Shown piece by piece: positions 11,088 to 23,667 of a stretch of DNA of 64,000 nt. The DNA lies in NCBI GenBank assembly GCA_937921305.1, contig CAKZSU010000005.1, forward strand, positions 74,740 through 138,739. The letters are read 5' to 3'. The DNA is from an uncultured Patescibacteria group bacterium. GTDB lineage: Bacteria > Patescibacteriota > Microgenomatia > UBA10105 > UBA927. Position numbers and translations under genes: made by a program. Under the pieces are notes generated by a model. The model was not told the DNA's origin and ran no database searches. It was given only the letters and a program-made list of their open reading frames with translations. The first letter of the stretch is position 1. The number at the start of each line of letters is the position of its first letter.

Positions 11088-13589
11088 TTAGATGAGCGGT
11101 GGCTGTTGGTCGTTTCGAGAAGAAGGAGCGATGCAGGTGGCGGATGCGATTGTGTCGCTTCCGCTTTGAAATCTCATGAGGATCACTCCAGATGTCGCTC
11201 TGCCGAGACTTGGGATTGACGCGATGGGAAGTTTCACAACTTGCCCTTTTGTTGAAGTGATGATGACGCTTTCTGTTCCGATCGGGATAAGTTGCGACAC
11301 GGCAACTTTTCCTGTTTTATCTTTCACCGCTGCTACTTTGACGCCTTGCCCTCCTCGTTTTTGTTTTGGAAAGTCTTCAATTGGGGTTTTTTTACCTATC
11401 CCTTTCTCCATAATTGTGAGAAACTCAAGATGTTTTGCGTCTTTTGGCGCGATGTCAAGCGAGACCACATAATCGCCTTCTGAAAGCAAGATACCTCGTA
11501 CACCCATGGTGTCTCGCCTTGTTGCGCGGACTTCTTCTTCGTTAAATCGAATTGCTTTGCCGTCGTGCGTGACAAGGATGATATCGTCTGTTCCTGAGCT
11601 TAGTTTCGCCCATGAGAGCGCGTCTCCTTGTTCAAGTTTTATCGAGACAAGTCCGGATCTGCGAATGTTTTCGTATTCTGATAGATGCGTTTTTTTCACC
11701 GTGCCGTTTTCTGTCGCCATGAAAATATGCGCGTTCTTGCTATGCTGTTGGGGATTGTAGGTTAAGACAGATGTGACGCGTTCGTCTGATTCAATGTTGA
11801 TGAGATTCACGATAGCTTGTCCTTTGGATTGTCTGGACGATTCTTGAATATCCCATACGCGAATTTGATAGACTTTTCCTTTATTTGTGAAGAAGAGGAT
11901 ATTATCGTGAGTTTGGGAGGAGATAATTCGTTCTATGCCGTCTTCTTCTTTTGTCGTCATGCCGACGACGCCCTTCCCTCCTCGTTCTTGGGTTTTGAAG
12001 GTTGATTTTGGCATCCGTTTAATATATCCCGACGATGTCATGGTGATAATGACGCTTTCGTTTGGAATAAGTTGTTCGTCGCTGAATTCTCCAAGTTTGT
12101 GAGGAAACACGCGGGTTTTTCTCGCGTCTCCGTATATTTCTTTAAGTTTTTCGAGTTCTTCTTTGATGACGATAAGCATCTTGTGCGGGTGTGCGAGGAG
12201 ATCTTCTAAACGAGCAATGATTTTTCGCACCATGTCGAGTTCATCCTCTATTTTCTTTCGTTCCAGTGCGGCAAGTCGTCGAAGTTGCATATCCAGAATT
12301 GCTGTTGCTTGAATTTCTGAGAGATTGAATCGGTTCATCAATTGTTCTTTGGCTTTTTCGGCGTTTTCGCTTTTTCTGATAATGTTGATAACTTCATCGA
12401 TATGGTCAACCGCTGTTTTTAATCCTTCGAGAATGTGCTCTCGCGCTTTTGCTTCTTTAAGTTCAAATTCTGTTCGCCGTTTGATAACAAGGACGCGATG
12501 TTTCAGGTATTGTTCAAGAATAAGCGGGAGTGTCAATGTCTGCGGCGTGTTGTCAACTAACGCGACCATATTGACGGGAAATGTGGTTTGCAGCGCCGTA
12601 AGTTTGTATAAATTGTTGAGAATTTGCTTTGGCTTCGCGTCTCGTTTGAGCTCCACGACGACGCGAATGCCATGACGATCGGATTCGTCGCGGAGATCGC
12701 TGATGCCTTCAATTTTCTTGTCTTTCACGAGATCGGCGATTTTCGCGACGAGCTGCGCTTTATTGACTTGGTACGGAAGTTCAGTAATGATGATCGCGGA
12801 TTTTCCGTTGCCTATTTCTTCGATTTCCGCTTTGCCTCGAACAGGAATTCTCCCCTTTCCCGTCGCGTAGGCGCGCTTGATTTCTTCTTTGTCAAAGATT
12901 ATGCCCGCGGTTGGAAAATCCGGTCCTTGAATATGCTGCATGATCTCATCGAGTGTGATGTCAAAAGACATTTGAAAATCTTGTTGAATGGTCGTTTTTG
13001 AGATGACGGCAATAATTGCGTCGATGACTTCGGAAAGATTATGCGGGGGGATTTTTGTCGCCATACCAACAGCAATACCTTCCGATCCCATGAGAAGGAG
13101 ATTGGGAAGTTTTGCTGGAATGAACATTGGTTCGTCGATCGTGTTGTCAAAATTTGGCGCAAATACGACTGTATCTTTTTCGATGTCAACAAGCATTTCT
13201 TCCGCGATTCTTGAGAGTCTACATTCGGTATATCGCATTGCCGCTGGGGGGTCGCCGTCGATCGATCCGTAGTTTCCTTGCCCGTCAATCAGCGGGTATC
13301 GCATAGAGAAATCTTGCGCGAGACGAACGAGCGCTTCGTACACTGGCGCGTCGCCATGAGGATGGAATTTTCCAAGCACTTCCCCAACAACTTTCGCGCT
13401 TTTTGTGTACTTTGCTGAGTGATAGAGCCCCATTTGATGCATGGCGAAGAGAATGCGTCGATGCACGGGTTTCAACCCGTCTCGGACATCGGGGAGCGCC
13501 CTCGCGACGATGACGGACATCGCGTAGTCGAGATAGGATTTTTGCATTTCTTTTGTTATTTCTGTTTGGATGACTTTTCCTATGTCCAT
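11088..13589 (-). CDS. gyrA: DNA gyrase subunit A
   Basis: N-terminal [27 protein letters not shown]...HPHGD. GyrA-box-like QERGGKG. 833 aa with beta-pinwheel repeats. Confidence 0.95.
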   Translation of the reverse strand: MDIGKVIQTEITKEMQKSYLDYAMSVIVARALPDVRDGLKPVHRRILFAMHQMGLYHSAKYTKSAKVVGEVLGKFHPHGDAPVYEALVRLAQDFSMRYPLIDGQGNYGSIDGDPPAAMRYTECRLSRIAEEMLVDIEKDTVVFAPNFDNTIDEPMFIPAKLPNLLLMGSEGIAVGMATKIPPHNLSEVIDAIIAVISKTTIQQDFQMSFDITLDEIMQHIQGPDFPTAGIIFDKEEIKRAYATGKGRIPVRGKAEIEEIGNGKSAIIITELPYQVNKAQLVAKIADLVKDKKIEGISDLRDESDRHGIRVVVELKRDAKPKQILNNLYKLTALQTTFPVNMVALVDNTPQTLTLPLILEQYLKHRVLVIKRRTEFELKEAKAREHILEGLKTAVDHIDEVINIIRKSENAEKAKEQLMNRFNLSEIQATAILDMQLRRLAALERKKIEDELDMVRKIIARLEDLLAHPHKMLIVIKEELEKLKEIYGDARKTRVFPHKLGEFSDEQLIPNESVIITMTSSGYIKRMPKSTFKTQERGGKGVVGMTTKEEDGIERIISSQTHDNILFFTNKGKVYQIRVWDIQESSRQSKGQAIVNLINIESDERVTSVLTYNPQQHSKNAHIFMATENGTVKKTHLSEYENIRRSGLVSIKLEQGDALSWAKLSSGTDDIILVTHDGKAIRFNEEEVRATRRDTMGVRGILLSEGDYVVSLDIAPKDAKHLEFLTIMEKGIGKKTPIEDFPKQKRGGQGVKVAAVKDKTGKVAVSQLIPIGTESVIITSTKGQVVKLPIASIPSLGRATSGVILMRFQSGSDTIASATCIAPSSRNDQQPPLI

Positions 13590-13639
13590 AAAAAATGAAC
13601 CTTTTTGCTTGTTTTTATGTAATGATTATGCCCACTTTA

Positions 13640-13740
13640 TCTCAGGATGTAAAAACCTTATAAAAAGGTCTCTGCTTGCAACTCATCATGTCTTGAATCA
13701 TGTTCAAGATGACAGAGAGACGCATCAGGATGGCTATCAT
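13640..13740. repeat. three copies of the hairpin/GATGACA repeat family between gyrA and ppa
   Basis: tctcaggatgtaaaaac; tcttgaatcatgttcaagatgacagag; catcaggatggctatcatg. Confidence 0.5.
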
Positions 13741-13749
13741 GTTATGAGT

Positions 13750-14253
13750 TTATACCATGCTCGCTTGAATGCTCGCGATCGCTTCATCCTTTCCCTTCCA
13801 CTCTCGCAGTTTCACCCATTTACCCGGTTCGAGATCTTTGTAGTGTTCGAAAAAGTGTTTCATTTTATCTTTCATCGCTTGCGGAATATCAGCAATATCT
13901 TTATATGAGCCAAATACAGGATCGATTTTTTCTGTCGGCACGGCGATGATTTTCGTGTCTACCCCTTCTTCGTCTTCCATTTCAAGCAATCCAATCGGAA
14001 CAGACGGAATCATAACGCCGGGTAGAAGTGGTTTGTCGCATAAGACAAGCACATCAATGGGATCACCGTCATCCGCGTGCGTTTCTGGAATGAATCCATA
14101 GTTAAACGGATAAGAAAACGCGGTGAACATGAATCGATCCACGACAATGACGTCGTGTTCTTTATCGAGTTCATACTTGACCGAGCTTCCTGCTGGGATT
14201 TCAATGCAAACATTGACTTGGTGTGGGGCTTTATTACCTCTGGTAAGATTCAT
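13750..14253 (-). CDS. ppa: inorganic pyrophosphatase (family I)
   Basis: 167 aa; canonical soluble-PPase motifs (EIPAGSSVKYE, DGDPIDVLVL). Confidence 0.9.
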   Translation of the reverse strand: MNLTRGNKAPHQVNVCIEIPAGSSVKYELDKEHDVIVVDRFMFTAFSYPFNYGFIPETHADDGDPIDVLVLCDKPLLPGVMIPSVPIGLLEMEDEEGVDTKIIAVPTEKIDPVFGSYKDIADIPQAMKDKMKHFFEHYKDLEPGKWVKLREWKGKDEAIASIQASMV

Positions 14254-14302
14254 AGATACCTCCTTTTTGTATAAAAAAATCCATGGTTTCTATATACCAT
14301 AT

Positions 14303-16237
<1,935 letters not shown>

Positions 16238-16290
16238 TTATGACATTCTAAAGGAGAAAATGTGTGTTTGTCTAGTGTCGGATAGGTGTA

Positions 16291-16450
16291 TGTCATCCTG
16301 AACTCTCTCTGTCATCCTGAATTTGGTTCAGGATCTTGGGTATTAGATGATGAGCTGTAAAGTGGCAAATATTTTTAGAATCTCTGCTAGATGCTGAAAC
16401 GAGTTCAGCATGATAATGGATGAATCCTAAGATGCGTCCGGTATGACAAT
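16291..16450. repeat. cluster of hairpin repeats (TGTCATCCTGAA x2, TCCTGAA-TTTGG-TTCAGGA, GCTGAAACGAGTTCAGCATGATA, GGTATGACA) between gyrB and pilC
   Basis: tgtcatcctgaactctctctgtcatcctgaatttggttcaggatcttggg. The 24-mer tgctgaaacgagttcagcatgata is identical to 62869-62892. Confidence 0.6.
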
Positions 16451-16462
16451 AATGAAATTTTT

Positions 16463-17677
16463 TTACTGAATCTGCGTTGTTAACGAATAAATCGGCGTAA
16501 TGATGGAGAATACAATAAATCCTACCCCAAGCCCCAACACAACCATAATAATTGGTTCAATGATTGTCGTCAGATTTTTGACCATGTATTCAGATTCTTT
16601 CTCAAAATATGTCGATAATTTCTCGAGTGTTTCGTCGAGTTTACCCGTCTCCTCCCCAACTTTGATCATTTGCGAGACAATAACTGGAAACAGCTTGTCA
16701 TATTGGGCAAAGGTTTCTCCTATAGAAAATCCTTTTTCGATTTTTTTCGAGATCTCAGAGAGTGCGTCTCGATACAACGCGTTTCCCAATGAGTTTTTGA
16801 GGAATGACAATCCTTCAAGGATGTGAATGCCTGATGAAATCAGCATACCAAATGTTCTTGCAAACTCTGCAAGAATGACGCTTTTTTGCAATTGTCCCCA
16901 CACTGGAATACGAAGTATCGCGGCATCTATTATTCGTTCTCCTATGGGAGTTTTTTTCCATTGTTTTACTCCGTATGCACCACCGATTGTTGCAAGAATC
17001 ATAAGCCACCACCAGCGCCTGAATAGGTTTGAAACAGAGACAAGAAGTCTTGTGGCAAACGGCAATTGAATGCCAAAATCGTTGTACATGTCCGTCAACT
17101 TTGGGATAACAACGGTCATCATGATAAAAACAACAACAATCATGCCAATGATGATGATCAATGGGTATATCATGGCGCTTTTGACTTTTGATCGAAACTC
17201 TCGCTCTTTTTCAAGCGTTTCCGCAAGACGCGTAAGTACGCGGTCAAGCGTTCCCGACGCTTCTCCAGATCGAATAAGCGCAATATAAACTTTTGAAAAT
17301 ACGTGAGAATGTCGTTCAAGCGCGTTAGCGAGGTTTCCTCCTCCAATCAGATGTTGTTCTATATCAAGAAGCATCGACGCCGTGCGTTGATTGTCTGTTT
17401 GAGATCGAATAATTGCTATGCTTTCTGTCAGCGAGAGTCCTGCGGTAAGAAGAGACGCTAATTGCCTCGTAATATTCACGATTTCGTTAAACGAAACTTT
17501 CTTGAGTTTATGCTTTATCAATTCTAATGTTATTGTTTCAGATTTTGGAGAGAGATGAACGATAAATACTTGCTTCTCTCGAAGAAGTTTCAGTGCGGTT
17601 CTTTGATCTGGCGCTTCGACGAGCCCACTTAGCGTTTGTCCTTGTTGATTTTTTGCTTTATAAGTAAAAATACGCAT
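16463..17677 (-). CDS. pilC: type IV pilus assembly platform protein PilC (GspF family)
   Basis: 404 aa, two GspF-like repeats with three TM helices. N-terminus MRIFTYKAKNQQGQTLSGLVEA. Confidence 0.85.
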   Translation of the reverse strand: MRIFTYKAKNQQGQTLSGLVEAPDQRTALKLLREKQVFIVHLSPKSETITLELIKHKLKKVSFNEIVNITRQLASLLTAGLSLTESIAIIRSQTDNQRTASMLLDIEQHLIGGGNLANALERHSHVFSKVYIALIRSGEASGTLDRVLTRLAETLEKEREFRSKVKSAMIYPLIIIIGMIVVVFIMMTVVIPKLTDMYNDFGIQLPFATRLLVSVSNLFRRWWWLMILATIGGAYGVKQWKKTPIGERIIDAAILRIPVWGQLQKSVILAEFARTFGMLISSGIHILEGLSFLKNSLGNALYRDALSEISKKIEKGFSIGETFAQYDKLFPVIVSQMIKVGEETGKLDETLEKLSTYFEKESEYMVKNLTTIIEPIIMVVLGLGVGFIVFSIITPIYSLTTQIQ

Positions 17678-17695
17678 AGAAATTAGGCGTGATTC

Positions 17696-18751
17696 TTAAT
17701 AGGTTTTTATCAATCTTGCCAATTCTTCTGGTTTTACGGCGTATCGCATCGCTGTTTCTATGGTAATACTTCCTTCCTTTATTTTTTTCGCGAGCGACAT
17801 TTCCATGGTCATCATCCCAGACTCTACAGATGTTTGAATAATATTATCGATAAGGTGCGTTCTCCCCTCTCGTATTGTCGCGCGAACTGCCGGTGTTCCG
17901 ATAAGAATTTCAGCGGCCATTGTTCTATCGCCGGTTATTGTTGGGATGAGTCGCTGGGAAATCACTGCTTCCAATGTGTTTGACAGTTGAAGTCGTATCT
18001 GCGGCTGTTCGTGTTCTGGAAATACTCCTACGATGCGATCTATTGTTTGGCTTGCCGAATTTGTATGAAGCGTGGCAAAGACAAGATGTCCGGTCTCGGC
18101 TATGGTAAGGGCTGCTTGAATCGTTTCAAAATCCCGCATCTCGCCAATCAGCGTGATATCAGGATCTTCTCGTAGTGCGCTTCGCAATGCGATATTCCAT
18201 GAGTGCGTGTCATTGTTCATTTCCCTTTGGGAGATAATGGATTGTCCTTTAGGATAGATAAATTCTATCGGATCTTCGATCGTGATAATATGCGCTGATC
18301 GCGATTGGTTGATTTCTTGGATCATTGAGGCAAGCGTTGTTGATTTTCCGTGTCCTGTCGGTCCGGTGACAAGAATAAACCCTTGGTGAAGTTTTACAAA
18401 TTCATGACATATTGGCGGGAGACCGAGTTCTTGCATGGATCGAATATTTTGTTGAATGTATCGGAAAGTGCCAGCAATCGTTCCTCGTTGATAATACACA
18501 TTTGCTCGAAATCTTCCCGCGTTTGTTGAATACGCAAAATCTATTTCTCTATTTGTTTCTAGAAGGTTTTTTTGATCTTCTGAGAGAATCGGGAAAATAA
18601 TAACTTCAAGATCTTGCGGAGACATGGGTGGTATATTGGGAAGTGCAAAAAGTCTTCCTGCAATTCGAACCATGGGTGGATAGTTGGCAAGCAAATGGAG
18701 ATCAGACGCGTTCCGTTTTATAGTTTCTGAAAAGAGATCTAATATAGTCAT
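17696..18751 (-). CDS. pilT: type IV pilus retraction ATPase PilT
   Basis: Walker A GPTGHGKST, IITIEDPIEF, His box. 351 aa, typical PilT length. Confidence 0.85.
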   Translation of the reverse strand: MTILDLFSETIKRNASDLHLLANYPPMVRIAGRLFALPNIPPMSPQDLEVIIFPILSEDQKNLLETNREIDFAYSTNAGRFRANVYYQRGTIAGTFRYIQQNIRSMQELGLPPICHEFVKLHQGFILVTGPTGHGKSTTLASMIQEINQSRSAHIITIEDPIEFIYPKGQSIISQREMNNDTHSWNIALRSALREDPDITLIGEMRDFETIQAALTIAETGHLVFATLHTNSASQTIDRIVGVFPEHEQPQIRLQLSNTLEAVISQRLIPTITGDRTMAAEILIGTPAVRATIREGRTHLIDNIIQTSVESGMMTMEMSLAKKIKEGSITIETAMRYAVKPEELARLIKTY

Positions 18752-18761
18752 GTTCCCCCCC

Positions 18762-20525
18762 TTATTCTTCCGCGACGCGAAGCACTTCTTCTATGGTTGT
18801 TATTCCTTTTAAGACCTTGAGAAATCCATCTTGTTTCATTGTTAACATACCTTCTTCAATTGCCGTTTTTTCTATCTCTGTCGCTGACGCTCGAGAGAGT
18901 GTAAGATGAATAATGGCGTCTGTGACTGGGAATACTTCAAAGATTCCTATCCTTCCCGAATATCCTGTGCCGTTACAAGTTTTGCATGTCACATTATTGA
19001 CGACTCCTGTCCCTTTATATAAGGATAGCGGTTGATCTTTAGGGAGATACGATCCTATTGTTTGTTCGAGAGCGTTTTTCGTTTCTTCTGGCGGCGAATA
19101 TGGCGATTTGCATTCAGGGCATATTTTCCTTGCGATGCGTTGCGCCACAACAAGATTAATCGCTGAAGACACGAGAAATGGTTCTATGCCGAGATCAATC
19201 AATCGTGGGATGGCGCCCGCTGCGTTGTTTGTGTGCAGTGTTGAGAACACAAGATGGCCAGTAAGCGCTGCTTGAATTCCGAGTTCTGCTGTTTCTTGAT
19301 CGCGAATTTCTCCGACGAGAATAATATTTGGGTCTTGCCGAAGAAAGGCTCTGAGTCCGGTCGCAAAGGTCAGTCCCGCCGTGGGACTGATTTGTACCTG
19401 ATTAATTCCTTCTATTTCATATTCAACAGGATCTTCCAGGGTTAAAATATTGACTTTTGTGTTATTAATTTTTGAGAGCACGGAATATAATGTGGTTGTT
19501 TTTCCTGACCCTGTGGGTCCAGTGACAAGAATTACTCCATGAGGACGCCTTATATGTTCTTCGAGTCTTTTGAGTCCAAGTCCAGTTAATCCAAGTTCTG
19601 TTAACGGAGGAATGCCTCCTGATTTTTGTAAGAGTCTCATGACGATTTTCTCTCCGTGAATCGTAGGAAGCGTTGAAACACGAAGATCAACCTCAAGATT
19701 GCCCATTTTGAAGTTAAATCGTCCATCTTGGGGAATTCGTTTCTCATCAATTTTCATATCTGAGAGGATTTTAATACGCGATACGACTCCTTCATGGAGT
19801 CTTCGAGGGAGCGAAAGCCGTTCTTGTAAAATGCCATCTACTCGGAATCGAACGCGCGTATCGCCTTTTTGCGGTTCAATATGAACATCCGATGCGCGAA
19901 TGCGAATCGATTGTTCAAGGATTGATGAGACAATTTGAGCGATCGGCGCTTCTCGAATGACTTCCCCAAGATGTCCAGCTTCGTATGTTTTTACTTGTAT
20001 ATCAGCTCGCTCTTTCAGCGCTTCCGTGACATTCGCCGTAATATTTTGTTGATACAACGACTCAATTGCCTGTTTTACTTCTTGTTCTGTGGAAAAATAT
20101 GGAACGATGCGTTTGCCTGATTTTTTTTCGAGGAATTCAATGACTTGAAAATCAAGCGGGTCTGCCATCGCGACATGAAGTTCATTTTTTTCTTCAATAA
20201 ACTGAAATGGAACGAGAATGTATTTTTTGCTAACTGGTTCAGGTATATATGTGGCTATATCAGAAGATATGGCTTTTCCTGAAAGACTGACAAAAGGAAT
20301 ATTGACGGATTTTGCTCTCGCTTTTGCGATATCAACAGGAGTAACAATTCTTCGTTTCAAAAGGATGTCTTCAATGGTTTCTCCTGTGGCCAACGATTCT
20401 GTGGATAGTTGATTTGCTATATCTTGAGAAATTTTCCCCTCTGACACAAGGATGGAGAGAATGTGTTGTTGCACGGCAGGCATATGTACAATCATAAAAT
20501 GTTTGTAGCTTGACAGCAAGAACAT
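18762..20525 (-). CDS. pilB: type IV pilus assembly ATPase PilB (GspE family)
   Basis: N-terminal T2SSE_N-like domain. Walker A GPTGSGKTT, LTLEDPVEYE, tetracysteine CPECK...C..C motif. The start may be an internal ATG (20495 or 20483). Confidence 0.85.
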   Translation of the reverse strand: MFLLSSYKHFMIVHMPAVQQHILSILVSEGKISQDIANQLSTESLATGETIEDILLKRRIVTPVDIAKARAKSVNIPFVSLSGKAISSDIATYIPEPVSKKYILVPFQFIEEKNELHVAMADPLDFQVIEFLEKKSGKRIVPYFSTEQEVKQAIESLYQQNITANVTEALKERADIQVKTYEAGHLGEVIREAPIAQIVSSILEQSIRIRASDVHIEPQKGDTRVRFRVDGILQERLSLPRRLHEGVVSRIKILSDMKIDEKRIPQDGRFNFKMGNLEVDLRVSTLPTIHGEKIVMRLLQKSGGIPPLTELGLTGLGLKRLEEHIRRPHGVILVTGPTGSGKTTTLYSVLSKINNTKVNILTLEDPVEYEIEGINQVQISPTAGLTFATGLRAFLRQDPNIILVGEIRDQETAELGIQAALTGHLVFSTLHTNNAAGAIPRLIDLGIEPFLVSSAINLVVAQRIARKICPECKSPYSPPEETKNALEQTIGSYLPKDQPLSLYKGTGVVNNVTCKTCNGTGYSGRIGIFEVFPVTDAIIHLTLSRASATEIEKTAIEEGMLTMKQDGFLKVLKGITTIEEVLRVAEE

Positions 20526-20541
20526 TTTTCATCATGATAAT
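20510..20541 (+). promoter_or_regulatory. candidate sigma70-like promoter for the major pilin gene (TTGACA ... GATAAT)
   Basis: TTGACA at 20510-20515 and TGATAAT at 20535-20541. The ~20-nt spacing is longer than optimal. It lies in the very short pilB/pilin divergent region. Confidence 0.25.
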
Positions 20542-20563
20542 AGAAGTATAAGTTTGTAAGCAT

Positions 20564-21091
20564 ATGAAAAAATTAAATAAGCGAAGCAAGTCGAACGAAA
20601 AAGGATTTACTCTCGTTGAGCTTTTAATTGTTATCGCGCTTTTGGGAGCATTAATCGCTGGTATTCTTATTTCTTTAGACCCGCTTGAACAAACGCGGAG
20701 AGGGCAAGATACAGCCTTGCGGAACACGGCATCTGAATTTTTTAATGCGTTGAATCGATATTACGCAACAAAAGGAACATTTCCTTGGGGAAATAACACG
20801 ACATTTTCAGGGCAAACCTTGAATTCAAGAATGTCAGACATAAACACTCTTATAGATTCTGGTGAATTAAAAACGAATTTTATGCAAAGAGCTGGTAGCC
20901 ATGTAAATAAGATTTATATAACATCAAATACCCCTACCGATCTTTCTGTGTGTTTTCAGCCGGTTTCAAAATCTATGCAAAAAGATTCATTAACAATTTA
21001 CGATATGAATGGATCTTCCGAGAACGCGTCATCGTGCAAGTCTCAGACGACAGGATCTAGCGGAACAAATTGTTACATGTGTCTTCGGTAA
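20564..21091 (+). CDS. type IV (major) pilin with prepilin-peptidase cleavage/N-methylation site
   Basis: KGFTLVELLIVIALLGALIAGI class-III signal (G-1, E+5). C-terminal Cys pair (SCKS...NCYMC). First gene after the pilB divergent region. Confidence 0.8.
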   Translation: MKKLNKRSKSNEKGFTLVELLIVIALLGALIAGILISLDPLEQTRRGQDTALRNTASEFFNALNRYYATKGTFPWGNNTTFSGQTLNSRMSDINTLIDSGELKTNFMQRAGSHVNKIYITSNTPTDLSVCFQPVSKSMQKDSLTIYDMNGSSENASSCKSQTTGSSGTNCYMCLR

Positions 21092-21135
21092 AATGAATTC
21101 TTAATTTTTCTTCTTGTGATACGCTTATATGTAGC

Positions 21136-21903
21136 ATGGATACTACTATTCTTTTTTCTTCGCTTCTAGGAATATATGGAGGGTTCATTGGTTCGTTTTT
21201 GGGTGTTATTATTGATAGGCTCCCAGAAGGACGGTCTATTTTTTGGGGAAGATCTCAATGTGATTACTGCAAGAAGACGCTGCGATGGTTTGAGTTGATT
21301 CCTGTTTTCTCTTTTATTATTCAGCTGGGAAAGTGTCGTCGATGCAAAAGGCGATTGTCATTCAAATACCCTTTGATAGAAATTTGTTCAGCGATTCTTT
21401 TTGTATTTGTTTGGTTTTTTGTTGATTTTTATCTTCTTTTGTATATTCCCGCGGTGATTGTCGCATCTTCTCTATTAGTGATTGTATTCATAGACACGCG
21501 TCATATGATTATTCCGGATTCTCTTCTTGTTGTTGGCGTGATTGGAACGACTATATATCATCTGATCCGTCTTCAGTCGATATATTCGATAGTCTTGAAT
21601 CATCTTACAGCAGGAATTCTTTCTTTCTTTTTGTTTTATGTGTTATGGGAAATTACTCGAAGAAAGGGGATTGGATTTGGCGATGTTAAATTAGTGTTTC
21701 TTTTAGGATTTATAACAGGATTCCCTTCGGTTATTGTTGGTATCTATCTTTCGTTCTTGACGGGTGCATTGGTTGGACTCATACTCTTACTTAGTAGAAA
21801 GAAAACAATGAAAAGCCCTGTGCCGTTTGGGCCGTTTTTGATAGTTGGCGCAGTGGTTTCCCTATTAATTGACCCAAATATCCTTATCAAACTTTTTTTA
21901 TGA
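21136..21903 (+). CDS. pilD: prepilin peptidase (A24 family) PilD
   Basis: N-terminal CxxC..CxxC zinc motif (CDYCKK...CRRCKRR) and a polytopic membrane domain carrying the catalytic Asp motifs. Confidence 0.85.
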   Translation: MDTTILFSSLLGIYGGFIGSFLGVIIDRLPEGRSIFWGRSQCDYCKKTLRWFELIPVFSFIIQLGKCRRCKRRLSFKYPLIEICSAILFVFVWFFVDFYLLLYIPAVIVASSLLVIVFIDTRHMIIPDSLLVVGVIGTTIYHLIRLQSIYSIVLNHLTAGILSFFLFYVLWEITRRKGIGFGDVKLVFLLGFITGFPSVIVGIYLSFLTGALVGLILLLSRKKTMKSPVPFGPFLIVGAVVSLLIDPNILIKLFL

Positions 21904-22301
21904 AGTATCGTGGATTTACTTTAGTTGAACTTCTCATCGTTATTTCTTTAATCGGGATTCTTTCTCTTGCAGGATTGTCTTCATATATGAACGCGCAACG
22001 TGTCGCGCGGAATAGTAAACGAATGTCTGATCTTAAAGCGATTCAAAACGCGTTAGAATCGTATTTTGCGCAGGCTGGATCATATCCAAATTCTTCATCG
22101 TGCGACCCGGGAGCCGTCCATCTTCCTGGTGGCATTCCTCGAGATCCTCAAACAAAGTCGCAGTATGTGCCATCTCGCTGCACTGATTCGGAGTACTGTT
22201 TTTGTGTTGAGTTAGAGCCGGGAACAACGGGAAACGCCTCATCCAATAATTGTTCAAACTTTACGCCAGGATCGTATTTTTGCGTTAATCAATTACAATA
22301 A
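21900..22301 (+). CDS. pilin-like protein (prepilin-type N-terminal cleavage/methylation domain)
   Basis: RGFTLVELLIVISLIGIL signal. GspG-like middle (NSKRMSDLKAIQNALESYF). Confidence 0.75.
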   Translation: MKYRGFTLVELLIVISLIGILSLAGLSSYMNAQRVARNSKRMSDLKAIQNALESYFAQAGSYPNSSSCDPGAVHLPGGIPRDPQTKSQYVPSRCTDSEYCFCVELEPGTTGNASSNNCSNFTPGSYFCVNQLQ

Positions 22302-22314
22302 TGTTATGTGTTTT

Positions 22315-22758
22315 ATGAAAAGAACGCGTGGTTTTACATTGCTTGAAGTGTTAGTTGCCACAGTCATTATTATTCTTCTTACCACTGTTGGAGTCGCGTC
22401 GTACGCAAATATTTCAAAACGGTCGAGAGATGCTCGGCGGTCAAGTGATATCGAACAATTGCGATCTGCGTTAGAAATGTATCGATCGGATTTTGGAAAT
22501 TATCCAAATGTCGGAGGAGGATCGTGGGTGTCTGTATCGAATCTAAACGGCGTATTGGTTCCAACATATATTCAACGCATTCCCTCTGATCCAAGAGGAA
22601 CCACGCATCCGTATCAATACAGAGCGACGAATCAAAGCGGTGGTCGATATTACGGGTACTGTCTTTCTTTGCGATTGGAGTCACAATCTGGGGAAAACAA
22701 TTGCGGTTCGATAACGCTTCCAAATAGCGATTACAATTATGGTCTCAGGCATCCGTAA
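22315..22758 (+). CDS. pilin-like protein (prepilin-type signal)
   Basis: RGFTLLEVLVATVIIILL; GspG-like SDIEQLRSALEMY. Confidence 0.7.
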   Translation: MKRTRGFTLLEVLVATVIIILLTTVGVASYANISKRSRDARRSSDIEQLRSALEMYRSDFGNYPNVGGGSWVSVSNLNGVLVPTYIQRIPSDPRGTTHPYQYRATNQSGGRYYGYCLSLRLESQSGENNCGSITLPNSDYNYGLRHP

Positions 22759-23218
22759 AGGATTTTCTCTCATTGAACTGCTTATCGCGTCTGGCATAAT
22801 TTTGACCATTACGGGGCTTGCGATATCAAATTATGGCTCTTTTGCTGATACCCAAAGGATTCGACAAGCGGGAAAAACTTTGCAAAATAATCTTCATTTT
22901 ATCCAAAACAGAGCGATTGCTTCTGTAAAACCAAGAGAATGCGATCAAAACAATCCGATTCTTGCGTACAGAGTTTCGTTTACAGAGAACGCGTACACCT
23001 ATGTTCCTGTGTGTTCGAATGGCATTCTTCAAAACGCGAACGCAACAATTGTTCTTCCTGATCGCATCACATTTTCCCCTCCTCCTTCCTCATTTGATTT
23101 TTTAGTGTTAACAGGAAAACCCACAAGATCAGTCACGATGACGATTACGAATGGAATCAAACGATATGAGATTCGCGTGACGGAGAGCGGATCGATAGAA
23201 GATCTAGGGTTTCAGTAA
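22739..23218 (+). CDS. minor pilin-like protein
   Basis: KGFSLIELLIASGIILTI prepilin signal. Confidence 0.65.
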   Translation: MVSGIRKGFSLIELLIASGIILTITGLAISNYGSFADTQRIRQAGKTLQNNLHFIQNRAIASVKPRECDQNNPILAYRVSFTENAYTYVPVCSNGILQNANATIVLPDRITFSPPPSSFDFLVLTGKPTRSVTMTITNGIKRYEIRVTESGSIEDLGFQ

Positions 23219-23223
23219 TATAT

Positions 23224-23664
23224 ATGAATGTGATGGATTTAAAGGGACAAACATTTGTGGAAATTATTATTATTGTTGCTCTTGTTATTGTGGTTATTGC
23301 CGCTTTGGTTGCAAGCGGAACGTTTTCTCTTCGATTAACGAGTTATAACAAATTGAGAAATCAAGCGATCAAATATGTTCAAGAAGGAATAGAATTGGCG
23401 CGAAAAGAACGCGATGATAGCTGGGGGACGCTTGTCTCGATGGCGCAACCATCTCCTCGTCGATGGTGTGTAGATAAATCAAGAACATGGTCTCAAGCTT
23501 CGTCTGATTGTTCAATAAATATAGACAATATTTTTTCAAGATCGATCCAATTGTCATACGATCCTCTTACACAACGCGTAATAGTGCTTGTCAGCGTGTC
23601 ATGGAAAGAAGGATCGGAGATGCGGACTAGCAAAGCGGAGACCATACTTACAAAATGGAGATAA
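23224..23664 (+). CDS. minor pilin-like protein with atypical prepilin signal (GQTFVE)
   Basis: KGQTFVEIIIIVALVIVVIAALVA. Glu at +5 is retained; the hydrophobic helix follows. Confidence 0.5.
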   Translation: MNVMDLKGQTFVEIIIIVALVIVVIAALVASGTFSLRLTSYNKLRNQAIKYVQEGIELARKERDDSWGTLVSMAQPSPRRWCVDKSRTWSQASSDCSINIDNIFSRSIQLSYDPLTQRVIVLVSVSWKEGSEMRTSKAETILTKWR

Positions 23665-23667
23665 CGA

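Noticed and set aside
11176-13272. Several 60-130 aa plus-strand ORFs (11176-11472, 11506-11760, 12325-12675, 12624-13001, 12988-13272) inside gyrA
   Set aside because: They are antisense to a highly conserved, full-length gyrA. They are low-complexity Ser/Cys/Phe-rich translations typical of antisense frames and have no RBS.
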